From a virus (taxonomy: Duplodnaviria > Caudoviricetes), in the IMG/VR virus record IMGVR_UViG_3300042465_005116, positions 96,001 to 160,000 of that record: a stretch of DNA of 64,000 nucleotides, one strand, 5' to 3'. The translations under genes were made by a program, and so were the position numbers. Shown here piece after piece: positions 38,928-46,940 of the stretch; position 1 is the stretch's first letter, and each line of letters begins with the position of its first letter. Under the pieces are notes generated by a model. It worked only from the letters and a program-made list of their open reading frames with translations. It did no database searches and was not told the DNA's origin.

Positions 38928-39000
38928 TAGTTCCATAAGGACTCGAACCCTAACTTTTTCATCCGTAGTGAAAGGTGCTATCCAATTACACCATAGAACT
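38928..39000 (-). tRNA. tRNA-Arg(ACG)
   Basis: loop CTACGGA. Confidence 0.93.
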
Positions 39001-39006
39001 ATTTTG

Positions 39007-39077
39007 CACCCCCTGAAAGATTCGAACTTTCATCTGCGGTTTTGGAGACCGATATGCTACCATTGCACCAAAGAGAT
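39007..39077 (-). tRNA. tRNA-Trp(CCA)
   Basis: loop CTCCAAA; G-U-rich acceptor. Confidence 0.88.
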
Positions 39078-39139
39078 GTATTATTAGTGTTCCAAAACTC
39101 TATTTTTTTGTTAGATTTGGAACACCAATAACCAAATTG

Positions 39140-39213
39140 TTGGTAATGCGGGATTCGAACCTGCCACCTTCTCGGTATCAGCGAGATGCTCTAACCAAAT
39201 GAGCTAATTACCA
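39140..39213 (-). tRNA. tRNA-Ile(GAT)
   Basis: loop CTGATAC. Confidence 0.93.
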
Positions 39214-39219
39214 ATGTTG

Positions 39220-39295
39220 TCGGATAAGCAGGATTCGAACCTGCGTGCTCCACATCCCAAATGTGGCGAGATAGACCTGACTCCTCTACTATCCG
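39220..39295 (-). tRNA. tRNA-Pro(TGG)
   Basis: C1-G72, loop TTTGGGA. Confidence 0.93.
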
Positions 39296-39301
39296 TTATT
39301 G

Positions 39302-39375
39302 TGAACCCGAATGGACTCGAACCATTGACTCCCTCATTAAAAGTGAGGTGCTCTAACCAACTGAGCTACGAGTTC
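39302..39375 (-). tRNA. tRNA-Lys(TTT)
   Basis: loop CTTTTAA. Confidence 0.95.
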
Positions 39376-39381
39376 ATTCTG

Positions 39382-39454
39382 TGGAGAAAGTTGGTTACGC
39401 TCCAACTCCTGTGGATTTTCAGTCCACTGCTTCTACTAAGTTAGCTTCTTCTCC
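39382..39454 (-). tRNA. tRNA-Phe(GAA), non-canonical T loop
   Basis: loop CTGAAAA; T arm GTTGG-AGCGTAA-CCAAC. Confidence 0.85.
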
Positions 39455-39461
39455 TATTAAG

Positions 39462-39543
39462 TGCCTGCAGATGGACTCGAACCACCGAACTCCGAAGAGA
39501 GGAGATTTACAGTCTCCAGCAATTGCCACTATGCGATACAGGC
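39462..39543 (-). tRNA. tRNA-Tyr(GTA)
   Basis: type II cloverleaf, loop CTGTAAA. Confidence 0.95.
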
Positions 39544-39589
39544 TAATTGAGTTGTATTCCAAATTCGAATTTGGAATAATTTCAAATTG

Positions 39590-39663
39590 TAGAAGATATA
39601 GGATTCGAACCTATGACCCTTTGGATGTAAACCAAATGCTCTAACCAACTGAGCTAATCTTCT
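39590..39663 (-). tRNA. tRNA-Val(TAC)
   Basis: loop TTTACAT. Confidence 0.93.
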
Positions 39664-39669
39664 ATGTTG

Positions 39670-39741
39670 TTACTCGAATAGGATTCGAACCTATACTACA
39701 TCAGTCAAAGTGAGGTATGCTAACCATTACACCATCGAGCA
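39670..39741 (-). tRNA. tRNA-Gln(TTG)
   Basis: loop CTTTGAC. Confidence 0.9.
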
Positions 39742-39748
39742 ATTTATG

Positions 39749-39820
39749 AGCGGATGATAGGAATCGAACCTACGTCTCCTACTTGGAAGGAAGGAGTAAT
39801 AACCATTATACGACATCCGC
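39749..39820 (-). tRNA. tRNA-Gly(TCC)
   Basis: loop CTTCCAA, U73. Confidence 0.95.
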
Positions 39821-39838
39821 ATGTCAAAGAACCAATTG

Positions 39839-39910
39839 AGGGAAGGGAGAATTTCGAAATCTCGACCTGATGATTAACAGTCATCTGCTCTGCCTCTGAG
39901 CTACCATCCC
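39839..39910 (-). tRNA. tRNA-Asn(GTT)
   Basis: loop CTGTTAA. Confidence 0.9.
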
Positions 39911-39916
39911 ATAAAC

Positions 39917-39952
39917 GAAAAAACCCTTAACTTTTTTATCAGTTAAGGGTTC
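39917..39952 (-). terminator. attenuator-type intrinsic terminator directly upstream of tRNA array
   Basis: minus strand AACCCTTAACT-GATAAAA-AGTTAAGGGTT followed by T tract. Confidence 0.85.
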
Positions 39953-39981
39953 TTAAAATATTGTTATAAAATTTTTACATT

Positions 39982-40104
39982 CTATCCACGTTTTACATCC
40001 CTTAACTTACTTCTATCCTCAATCATATTGAAGACACGATTGCCACCCCAAGCACATTTCTGTGTCGGTAGATAACTAAGCGTATGTATTGTTAAAGTTG
40101 CCAT
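39982..40104 (-). CDS. 40-aa leader peptide (putative attenuator uORF)
   Basis: MATLTIHTLSYLPTQKCAWGGNRVFNMIEDRSKLRDVKRG*; contains copy of terminator 3' arm at 39999-40008. Confidence 0.75.
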   Translation of the reverse strand: MATLTIHTLSYLPTQKCAWGGNRVFNMIEDRSKLRDVKRG

Positions 40105-40159
40105 TGTGTATAAGTATATTAAAAACTAATTTATGTTTGTTTTTGTGTTAATAAAATAA

Positions 40160-41095
40160 AAAAAAGTAACTCATCTTCAATATGCACCATCCATGTCATG
40201 CACTGGTTGACAAAAGCCTCGATAAATTACTTAGTATTTTTTAAAAAAATCTGGATGAGAATACTCCATCTTATGAACCAGCTTTATAAGGGTTATTGGT
40301 TACCTTAATTTCCACTACCTTTTGAGTAGTACCGATTCAATGTGGGTAAGTAATGCCTACCAATCATAAAGTTACAACCTACTCTCTTTTTACTCCGCCA
40401 CTTCGAATCTGCCGACCCGATTCACATCTCGCGATGCTAGAAGTTTTTCGAAAGAATCACATTTACCTTGAGAGTATTTGTGGCAGTGAACGACTCACTA
40501 CTATGTACACACCTTTCACTTGCAACTGGTAACCACTTTTTCTTTTATTTTTATTTGATTTTCACCATTGAAAGTAAAAGTTTTGGTTTGTAGAAGAATT
40601 CAAGTAGTGGATTACCACTAGCTCCGTTCCATTTTGAAGAACGGAATACTATACTACTCGATACGATATCCCTATCGTCATATTTTAAGTCTACTTCATA
40701 TCTAAACCTTTGGTAAAGTAAAGATAAGGATAATAACAACACCACTTGTACATCATCATACCTTTCGATTTTAAGTAAACTTTCATATTGAATCACGCAA
40801 TGATATGGAGAGATTAAGTCCGTACTTCTTGCAATAACTCTATGGATTATTCTTATTGGTGTCCCCACCTCAACTGAACTTCTACCTAGCCCAGTCATTA
40901 AACCATTTCACTACGGAGTTACCCTCACTAATCAGGTCTAATGATATTCCACTTGCATACTCAAGCTCCATTCCTTTCGGTCTGAAACCGCAAATTAATT
41001 AACCAACTAATTCACTTTATCCTACTTTCGTAGTTTATTTAACCACCATATGCGGCGGGTATGTACTATGTACCACAAGGATACTATGTACAATA
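40160..41095 (-). ncRNA. ~900 nt large structured ncRNA, GOLLD-like candidate
   Basis: no credible ORF, many GNRA-capped hairpins, tandem promoters upstream, T tract at 3' end, tRNA-cluster context; boundaries approximate. Confidence 0.6.
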
Positions 41096-41131
41096 TGTTT
41101 CGATAATTTAAAGAACTTTTTTTTGTTAAGT

Positions 41132-41270
41132 CAAAGATACGAAATCTTTTTCACTTTTCCAAATTTATTTTAAACTTTTTTTTGTTATGTCTAATACCGA
41201 GTATCTTTCATCGCCTATAAGTTTAGAACTAACTTTGTAAAGATACGAAAACATTTTCACATTTCCAAAT
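41132..41270 (-). promoter_or_regulatory. two tandem Bacteroidota-type promoters (41132-41163, 41238-41270)
   Basis: TTTGGAAA...TTCGTATCTTT(G/A). Confidence 0.75.
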
Positions 41271-41341
41271 CTTTTTTTAATTATTTTTTGTGATATTATA
41301 TATAAGTATATAAAAATATACCAAACGTAAAATAATCATTG

Positions 41342-41413
41342 TAGCGGGTGAAGGATTCGAACCTCCGACCTATAGGTTATGAGCCTACCGAGCTACCACT
41401 GCTCTAACCCGCA
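41342..41413 (-). tRNA. initiator tRNA-fMet(CAT)
   Basis: unpaired 1:72 (U/U), AGAGCAG..GGTAGCTCG D arm; only two G-C pairs at anticodon stem base. Confidence 0.85.
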
Positions 41414-41543
41414 ATATAATTTTAAAGAACATAAAACAAAGTAAGATAATGATATCCGGCGTTATAGTTTACCACTTATGGTTGGACTTCACACATTCGG
41501 TTTTATTAGATGTTGGCTTCAACCACTATCTTATTTTGTTAAG

Positions 41544-41577
41544 TCAAAGATACGAAAACATTTTCATATTTCCAAAT
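41544..41577 (-). promoter_or_regulatory. Bacteroidota-type promoter
   Basis: TTTGGAAA...TTCGTATCTTTG; flanks duplicate those at 41123-41277. Confidence 0.75.
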
Positions 41578-41589
41578 CTTTTTTAATAT

Positions 41590-42036
41590 TTATTTTACTT
41601 TGTAAGATAATCCCAATCCTAATGTAAAATCATCACCAATTAAATTACCAATTCCCCATAAATTTATAACACTACTTGGTCTTAGTGGATTGTACATTAT
41701 AAGAAAATTTGGTTTATTACCATTAAGTGTAGGTTGTAATCCAAACCCAATAATCGCCTTATCCTCTTTTACTTGTCTAAGAACACCAAACTTCATATTA
41801 TCAGATACATTTCCTGTTTTGGTATTAACTCCCGGAGGAATTACTATTCCACCATTTTGTCCACCATATTCATCATACGGAAGTCCCGCATAAAATCCCC
41901 ATCCTTTTTTCATAAATCCACCTGTAATGTATCCATCAGATGGTCCACCCTTGCGGGTAGCGGTTATAAACCACTCTTGCCCTTTTGCATTAATACTTAT
42001 TCCGAGTATCAAAGCCATCACTAATAATTTTTTCAT
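41590..42036 (-). CDS. secreted outer-membrane beta-barrel-like protein
   Basis: signal peptide, amphipathic strands, terminal LGLGLSY. Confidence 0.55.
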   Translation of the reverse strand: MKKLLVMALILGISINAKGQEWFITATRKGGPSDGYITGGFMKKGWGFYAGLPYDEYGGQNGGIVIPPGVNTKTGNVSDNMKFGVLRQVKEDKAIIGFGLQPTLNGNKPNFLIMYNPLRPSSVINLWGIGNLIGDDFTLGLGLSYKVK

Positions 42037-42347
42037 AGTGCCTTTATGCTCTTTGTTTTTTCAAGAGAATCCTCTCTTATCCATTTTTGTTTTAACTTAT
42101 CTATTTTTTCAATTTTTAGGATTTTACCTTTAAGTGAGACAATCTCCTTCGTAACCTTTTCGGTACGAACCGTACGTGCAGCGAAATCTTCTTCGGTGAT
42201 TTCAATCAATTCTTTTTTTCGATTAAGAACTGATATTTCTTTTTGGATTTTTTCTATCGCTTTACCATCATTAATCAATGAGGGGTCGATAGAATTACCA
42301 ATACTATTAAAAAATAATAATATGGGTAAGGTAAGTTTTTCTAACAT
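42033..42347 (-). CDS. coiled-coil protein with signal-like N-terminus
   Basis: ORF track; TATTTATA upstream. Confidence 0.6.
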   Translation of the reverse strand: MLEKLTLPILLFFNSIGNSIDPSLINDGKAIEKIQKEISVLNRKKELIEITEEDFAARTVRTEKVTKEIVSLKGKILKIEKIDKLKQKWIREDSLEKTKSIKAL

Positions 42348-42430
42348 TTGTAATCAATAGTTAAAAGTGTAACACATATAAATACATTATTATATATTTT
42401 TAATTAAATATATAACAATAATTTATTAAG

Positions 42431-42806
42431 TGGTGGAGGTGGAGGGAGTCGAACCCTCGTCCAAATACGGATTCAATAAACATCATTCACAAGCTTAGTT
42501 AGTTTTTCTTAACTAACAAAATATTCGGTTGGTTCTTCACCATCGGCAACCGATAAACAATGGGTGATTCGATTTTGGGTTCAATCACTTTTCCACCTTT
42601 GTACACATTCTTTTTAAAGTCCCACGATGTGTGCGGGAGGGATTAGGCTGCTATAGCGTAATCAGCACCTACGAAAGACATTACATCTTCGAAGGTCATT
42701 GTAGATAATTCTACGTCGTTTATTGTTCGATAGGTATTTACGGATTTCCATCTAACCCGGCTTGCAACTTACCAACTCATCGTACCTGTCAAAACCAGGC
42801 ACCCCC
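42431..42806 (-). ncRNA. ssrA: tmRNA
   Basis: 5' GGGGGTGCCTGGTTTTGAC, 3' GGGTTCGACTCCCTCCACCTCCACCA, tag ORF ending YAIAA*. Confidence 0.95.
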
Positions 42807-42808
42807 AT

Positions 42809-43495
42809 TTATTTTTTATTCAAAGAACGTTTAATTAAATTCTGAACCTTTTCATTTCTCAAATCAATGTACAACATTATAGTTGCTCTATATTCATTTG
42901 AGTAATTATACACATTATGATAATGATAAGAATTAAAATAATATGCTTTACCTACTTCTAATCTTTTTCTAAATATATTCGTAAACCAATCAGGTCTATG
43001 AAATCGCTTCCACCATTTAAATTCAGCCGAATCTACTACACAATATTCAAACTTTTCTGGTACTATAATTGGAATTTGAATAGTTAGTTCCCATTCTTCT
43101 TGTCCATGTTCCAATACGTGCGAGTGCCAAACTAAAGATTGTTTAGGTGCAATTCGCATCACCCTAGCTCTACTATCTAATTGGTTACCACTAATGTTTG
43201 CACATATCTCATACATATAAGGTATTGTGGATTCCAATTCGGTTTTCTGAAAGTTATATTGCTCAGTACCATCTTCGTACATATCTTTATACAAACTTCC
43301 ATCAGAACTAATCAATGAAATACCACTCCATGCTTTACGATACTTTCTTCGTACTTGCCAAAAGTTAGTTCTATAATCTTTGAATTTGTATTTGTTTTTT
43401 AACAATCCATATTCATCAATTAGTTTATCTAAATCAATATCAATGTCCAATTCTAAAAATGGAATACTTTTTAGTTGTTGTATAAGTTCATTCAT
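42809..43495 (-). CDS. Asp/Asn beta-hydroxylase-like 2OG oxygenase
   Basis: RARVMRI, WHSH, YYFN..HYHNVYN....R; true start MNELIQ at 43495. Confidence 0.7.
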   Translation of the reverse strand: MNELIQQLKSIPFLELDIDIDLDKLIDEYGLLKNKYKFKDYRTNFWQVRRKYRKAWSGISLISSDGSLYKDMYEDGTEQYNFQKTELESTIPYMYEICANISGNQLDSRARVMRIAPKQSLVWHSHVLEHGQEEWELTIQIPIIVPEKFEYCVVDSAEFKWWKRFHRPDWFTNIFRKRLEVGKAYYFNSYHYHNVYNYSNEYRATIMLYIDLRNEKVQNLIKRSLNKK

Positions 43496-43507
43496 ATTAA
43501 TTAATTG

Positions 43508-43676
43508 CTGTAAGAGGAGGATTCGAACCATCCACGATGCGATTCAGTAAGTAACACTTTCTCCGGCCGGATGGTGGTCTACCCCATATTACTTACCTAT
43601 TTCGTTCTCACCACCCCCGAGACAGGAGGGCTTGTCTACCCGGTCATACTGAGACAACCTTTTCCAACACCTTACA
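43508..43676 (-). ncRNA. giant (169 nt) tRNA-like RNA with GTC anticodon loop
   Basis: acceptor TGTAAGG/TCTTACA+G73; arm CCCTC-CTGTCTC-GGGGG; TTCGAAT loop; large D and variable insertions. Confidence 0.7.
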
Positions 43677-43772
43677 ATATATGAACTAACTCACTGGAAA
43701 CCTTATAATTGAATTCAATCAACTTATGGGTTAAGTACTCCGTTTATGTTAGTTCCTCGTACTCCAAGTTTG

Positions 43773-43857
43773 CAGAGAGTTAGGGATTCGAACCCCAGAT
43801 ACCTTTCAGTATGCCAGTTTTCAAGACTGGTGCCATCAACCACTCGGCCAACTCTCT
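43773..43857 (-). tRNA. tRNA-Ser(TGA)
   Basis: type II cloverleaf, loop CTTGAAA. Confidence 0.95.
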
Positions 43858-43865
43858 GTTTAATA

Positions 43866-44350
43866 TTATTGAATATGAGTTTCTTCGTTTCGAAGTGCTC
43901 TCACATCTAATGTAATATTTGATTGTCTTCTTCTTGCTTCTTCAGCTTCTTTATACCAACGAATCCAAGTTAAGGAAACATCAATTGGTGCAAGAACCCA
44001 TGCCATTACCACTACCATAATAGTATCCAATTCAGGAGAACCACCGATGGGGTCATTGCTGTATCTTTTATCTAAATTTTTAAATAATTGATAGAAACAA
44101 TAAAGAACACAAATAATGTAATACGTTAAAAACATATATTAAATTTTAATTAAACGCCTGAAGTTTTTACATCAACTAAAAAGTTTTTTAATCTTTCTAA
44201 TTTTTCAATCGTTGTAGTTGTTCCTGTAATTGGATTCAGTTCTAAAATAATATCATCTAATGATGCTGCAGTTACTAATAACGCATCGTCTTTAGAATTT
44301 AAATAGTTGTCTGAAATTCTGTACTTTTTGCAAATCTCTTGTAAGTTCAT
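43866..44350 (-). CDS. two small ORFs: membrane protein 43866-44135, hypothetical 44150-44350
   Basis: ORF track; second start trimmed to MNLQEI. Confidence 0.55.
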
Positions 44351-44367
44351 ATTATTGTTTTTTTGTT

Positions 44368-45510
44368 TTAAATTAAAGCCCTTGTTTGTTTTGATTCTAA
44401 ATGCCAAAAATTATGTATTATATGTTGTCTATTACCAATCATTTTTAATTGTTTTAATAATACATTATATAGTGGATGTGATTCTTCTTGAACTGAACGG
44501 TCTTTTAACCATTCTTTTGTTTGATGATTCCAATCTTGTATTGCTCTAAATGTAATTGTATATCCATTTTCAGGACTCCACTTTCCATATATATCCTCAA
44601 TCATATTTACAAAATCATTCATTTCACGTACATTATGGTCTTGAACTACGAATGAAAAATTTCTATTATTAAATTTTAAGGTAGAATGATATTTTAAATT
44701 AGCCATTAAAGTATCCCAATTCCCATTTAACCTTACTTTATTTTCATATGTTTCTTTAGTTGCTGCATCAATTGATATTTCATATTCACGAACATATGGA
44801 TGAATTGGTTTAACCGATTCCCACATTTCCTGTGTCCACATATTTCCGTTTGAAACTATATAAATTTGTTTCAATTTTGGATATCGTTTGTAATCAAATG
44901 TTTGCATAAACTTTCTAAATACATTTGAATAAAATGGGTCACCACTACCTGTAATATGAATCATCTCAACCTCATTACTAAATTGTTCATTAATATCTTT
45001 TAAAATATTATCAACAAATTTATCTTTACGATTTGGTATAGTATCTAATCTACAAGATGGACATTTCAAATTACATGCGTAATCAAAATTAAAATAAATT
45101 AATTTTGGAAATAATTTCCATTCACTATCAGTTTCAGAAAGATTATATTTTTTAAAAAATTCTTCTCTCTTATAAAAGTATCCAAAATATACTGATTGTC
45201 CATAGTCCGATTCAAACTCATTTAATAATACCTTTTCATCAGTATTAATAAGTTTAGATAAAAATGGGCACTTAGTTTTTGAACAATATTTATATGAACC
45301 ATCTAAGATTCCTTCTCTTACCTTTGTATTAATATCATTAAACCAAACATCTTTTAATTCTTTAGTTTCACCGGGATTTAAATGAGACCAATCTTCAAAT
45401 GGAATATCCATCCAATCTGGACAACAACTCCAAGTCGAATTATGGAATACCATAAAATCTTCAAATGGTGCTCTACAAATATAGTTTTTTAAATTAACCT
45501 TCTCACTCAT
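44368..45510 (-). CDS. radical SAM protein with SPASM-like domain (paralog of 16602-17648)
   Basis: CRAPF..CCP..YC..KCP; CNLKCPSC; ITGSGDPF; ISIDAA. Confidence 0.88.
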   Translation of the reverse strand: MSEKVNLKNYICRAPFEDFMVFHNSTWSCCPDWMDIPFEDWSHLNPGETKELKDVWFNDINTKVREGILDGSYKYCSKTKCPFLSKLINTDEKVLLNEFESDYGQSVYFGYFYKREEFFKKYNLSETDSEWKLFPKLIYFNFDYACNLKCPSCRLDTIPNRKDKFVDNILKDINEQFSNEVEMIHITGSGDPFYSNVFRKFMQTFDYKRYPKLKQIYIVSNGNMWTQEMWESVKPIHPYVREYEISIDAATKETYENKVRLNGNWDTLMANLKYHSTLKFNNRNFSFVVQDHNVREMNDFVNMIEDIYGKWSPENGYTITFRAIQDWNHQTKEWLKDRSVQEESHPLYNVLLKQLKMIGNRQHIIHNFWHLESKQTRALI

Positions 45511-45533
45511 ATATGTATATATATTAAGTTATT

Positions 45534-46205
45534 TTATTTTGAGTATTCTTCTAATTCTTCTTCGTACCAACCATTATACATTTCTCTAATTTCTAATGGA
45601 ACTCCTTTTCCAAAGTCATTACTTTCCCAACCATATTGTAAGTATGCTTGAATCTCATCTTTAATAACCATTTCAGTATATCCCATTTCTAATAAATTCT
45701 TTTCGAATATATTATAATTTTCTATGTGTATTAATGCAGTAACTGCATCTGCAGTTGCTTTATAGTTGGGATTAGTGTAATATAATCCATGACAAACTTC
45801 GTGTTTAAAGGTATCCCCTTCAGTATTACCTGCCCCAATAATATAACCATCGGCATCATCACCATTCAATTCGTATAACGTATGAATAATACTTTCCATT
45901 ACATCATCGTAATCAGTATACCTATCAGTTAGGGTATCATAACAAGTGTAGGCAATTTCTAATGGAACATTAAATCCACTCCAATCACTTCCATATGTAA
46001 ACCCTTTACCATATTCATTGGTATACCATTTCATATATTCAGAAAAACTAAAATCCTTATTACCTCTAAATGCTGGATTTGGGGATTCGTAGAATTCTTG
46101 TATTCTTAAAAAGGTCATTGCCCTATCATATGAATCTTCAATGATAACTGCAAAGATTTTTGGTTTAACCTTTTCTATTTTATAATTTATATTTATCATC
46201 CGCAA
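45534..46205 (-). CDS. HExxH-containing hypothetical protein
   Basis: HEVCH...DEIQAY. Confidence 0.6.
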   Translation of the reverse strand: MRMININYKIEKVKPKIFAVIIEDSYDRAMTFLRIQEFYESPNPAFRGNKDFSFSEYMKWYTNEYGKGFTYGSDWSGFNVPLEIAYTCYDTLTDRYTDYDDVMESIIHTLYELNGDDADGYIIGAGNTEGDTFKHEVCHGLYYTNPNYKATADAVTALIHIENYNIFEKNLLEMGYTEMVIKDEIQAYLQYGWESNDFGKGVPLEIREMYNGWYEEELEEYSK

Positions 46206-46713
46206 TCTACTTTGGTGCTTGAAACTTTGAATTTAGTGATTATAGAATCACCCTTATATAGAAGATACGATTGTTCGTGCATGAAACATGCTTTCATTTC
46301 ATTATCATCTATATGAACCGATACTATTGGAACTTCGTTAGCAAATAAAGTATCATCCTCTGAATCATAGTATTCTCTATGGGTTATAGTGTACTCATCA
46401 AATTCAGATGAGATATCACTTATCCACTTTTTTAAATCCTTTATTTTCATATTCTATCTTTTAAATTTTAATTATGTTTCATTCCTTTACAAACACCATA
46501 GCCTTGTCGTTGTGATAAACGAATAAGATTTTCTGCGATATGTTTGGGAACAATTTGAATACTGTTACCTGTCTTATGGTTGGTAATAGGAACTCCCCCA
46601 ACTCTTTCAGTAGTGGAACAATTAGTGCAAGACCTATATCCATACTTTGTAAATCGTAAAAGTGGCATATCGCCTCCACATTTAATACAAGGTGTTAATT
46701 CTAATACGTTCAT
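46196..46713 (-). CDS. hypothetical (46196-46450) and Zn-ribbon protein (46468-46713)
   Basis: CIKC...CTNC in the second. Confidence 0.6.
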
Positions 46714-46940
46714 ATTTTAAATTTTATAAAGCTAAATTACGATAAATTAGTGAGATTTCCAAATTTATTTTATTGTATTTCTAAGGGATTGATTATCAAG
46801 ATATTATGAATATTTAAAATGTTAATAACTTTTTTAAAAAAACCTTGCTAATTTTTCTGAAAAGCTTATAATTATAAAAGAGCTTTAAACTAGAAGCTGA
46901 TATAGTTAAGAAAAAAGTATAAGTAAGAGCTTATAGCTAA

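Noticed and set aside
36474-40898. Track ORFs 36474-36659, 36604-36846, 36726-36926, 37341-37541, 39214-39444, 39381-39644, 40551-40898
   Set aside because: They overlap tRNA genes or the large ncRNA and are translation artefacts
43508-43676. tRNA interrupted by a group I or II intron
   Set aside because: Insertions are far too short, lie in D and variable regions, and lack intron core motifs
36263-43857. Most tRNA genes followed by CA rather than CCA
   Set aside because: Only His and tmRNA encode CCA; reliance on host CCA addition is ordinary, so not treated as novel
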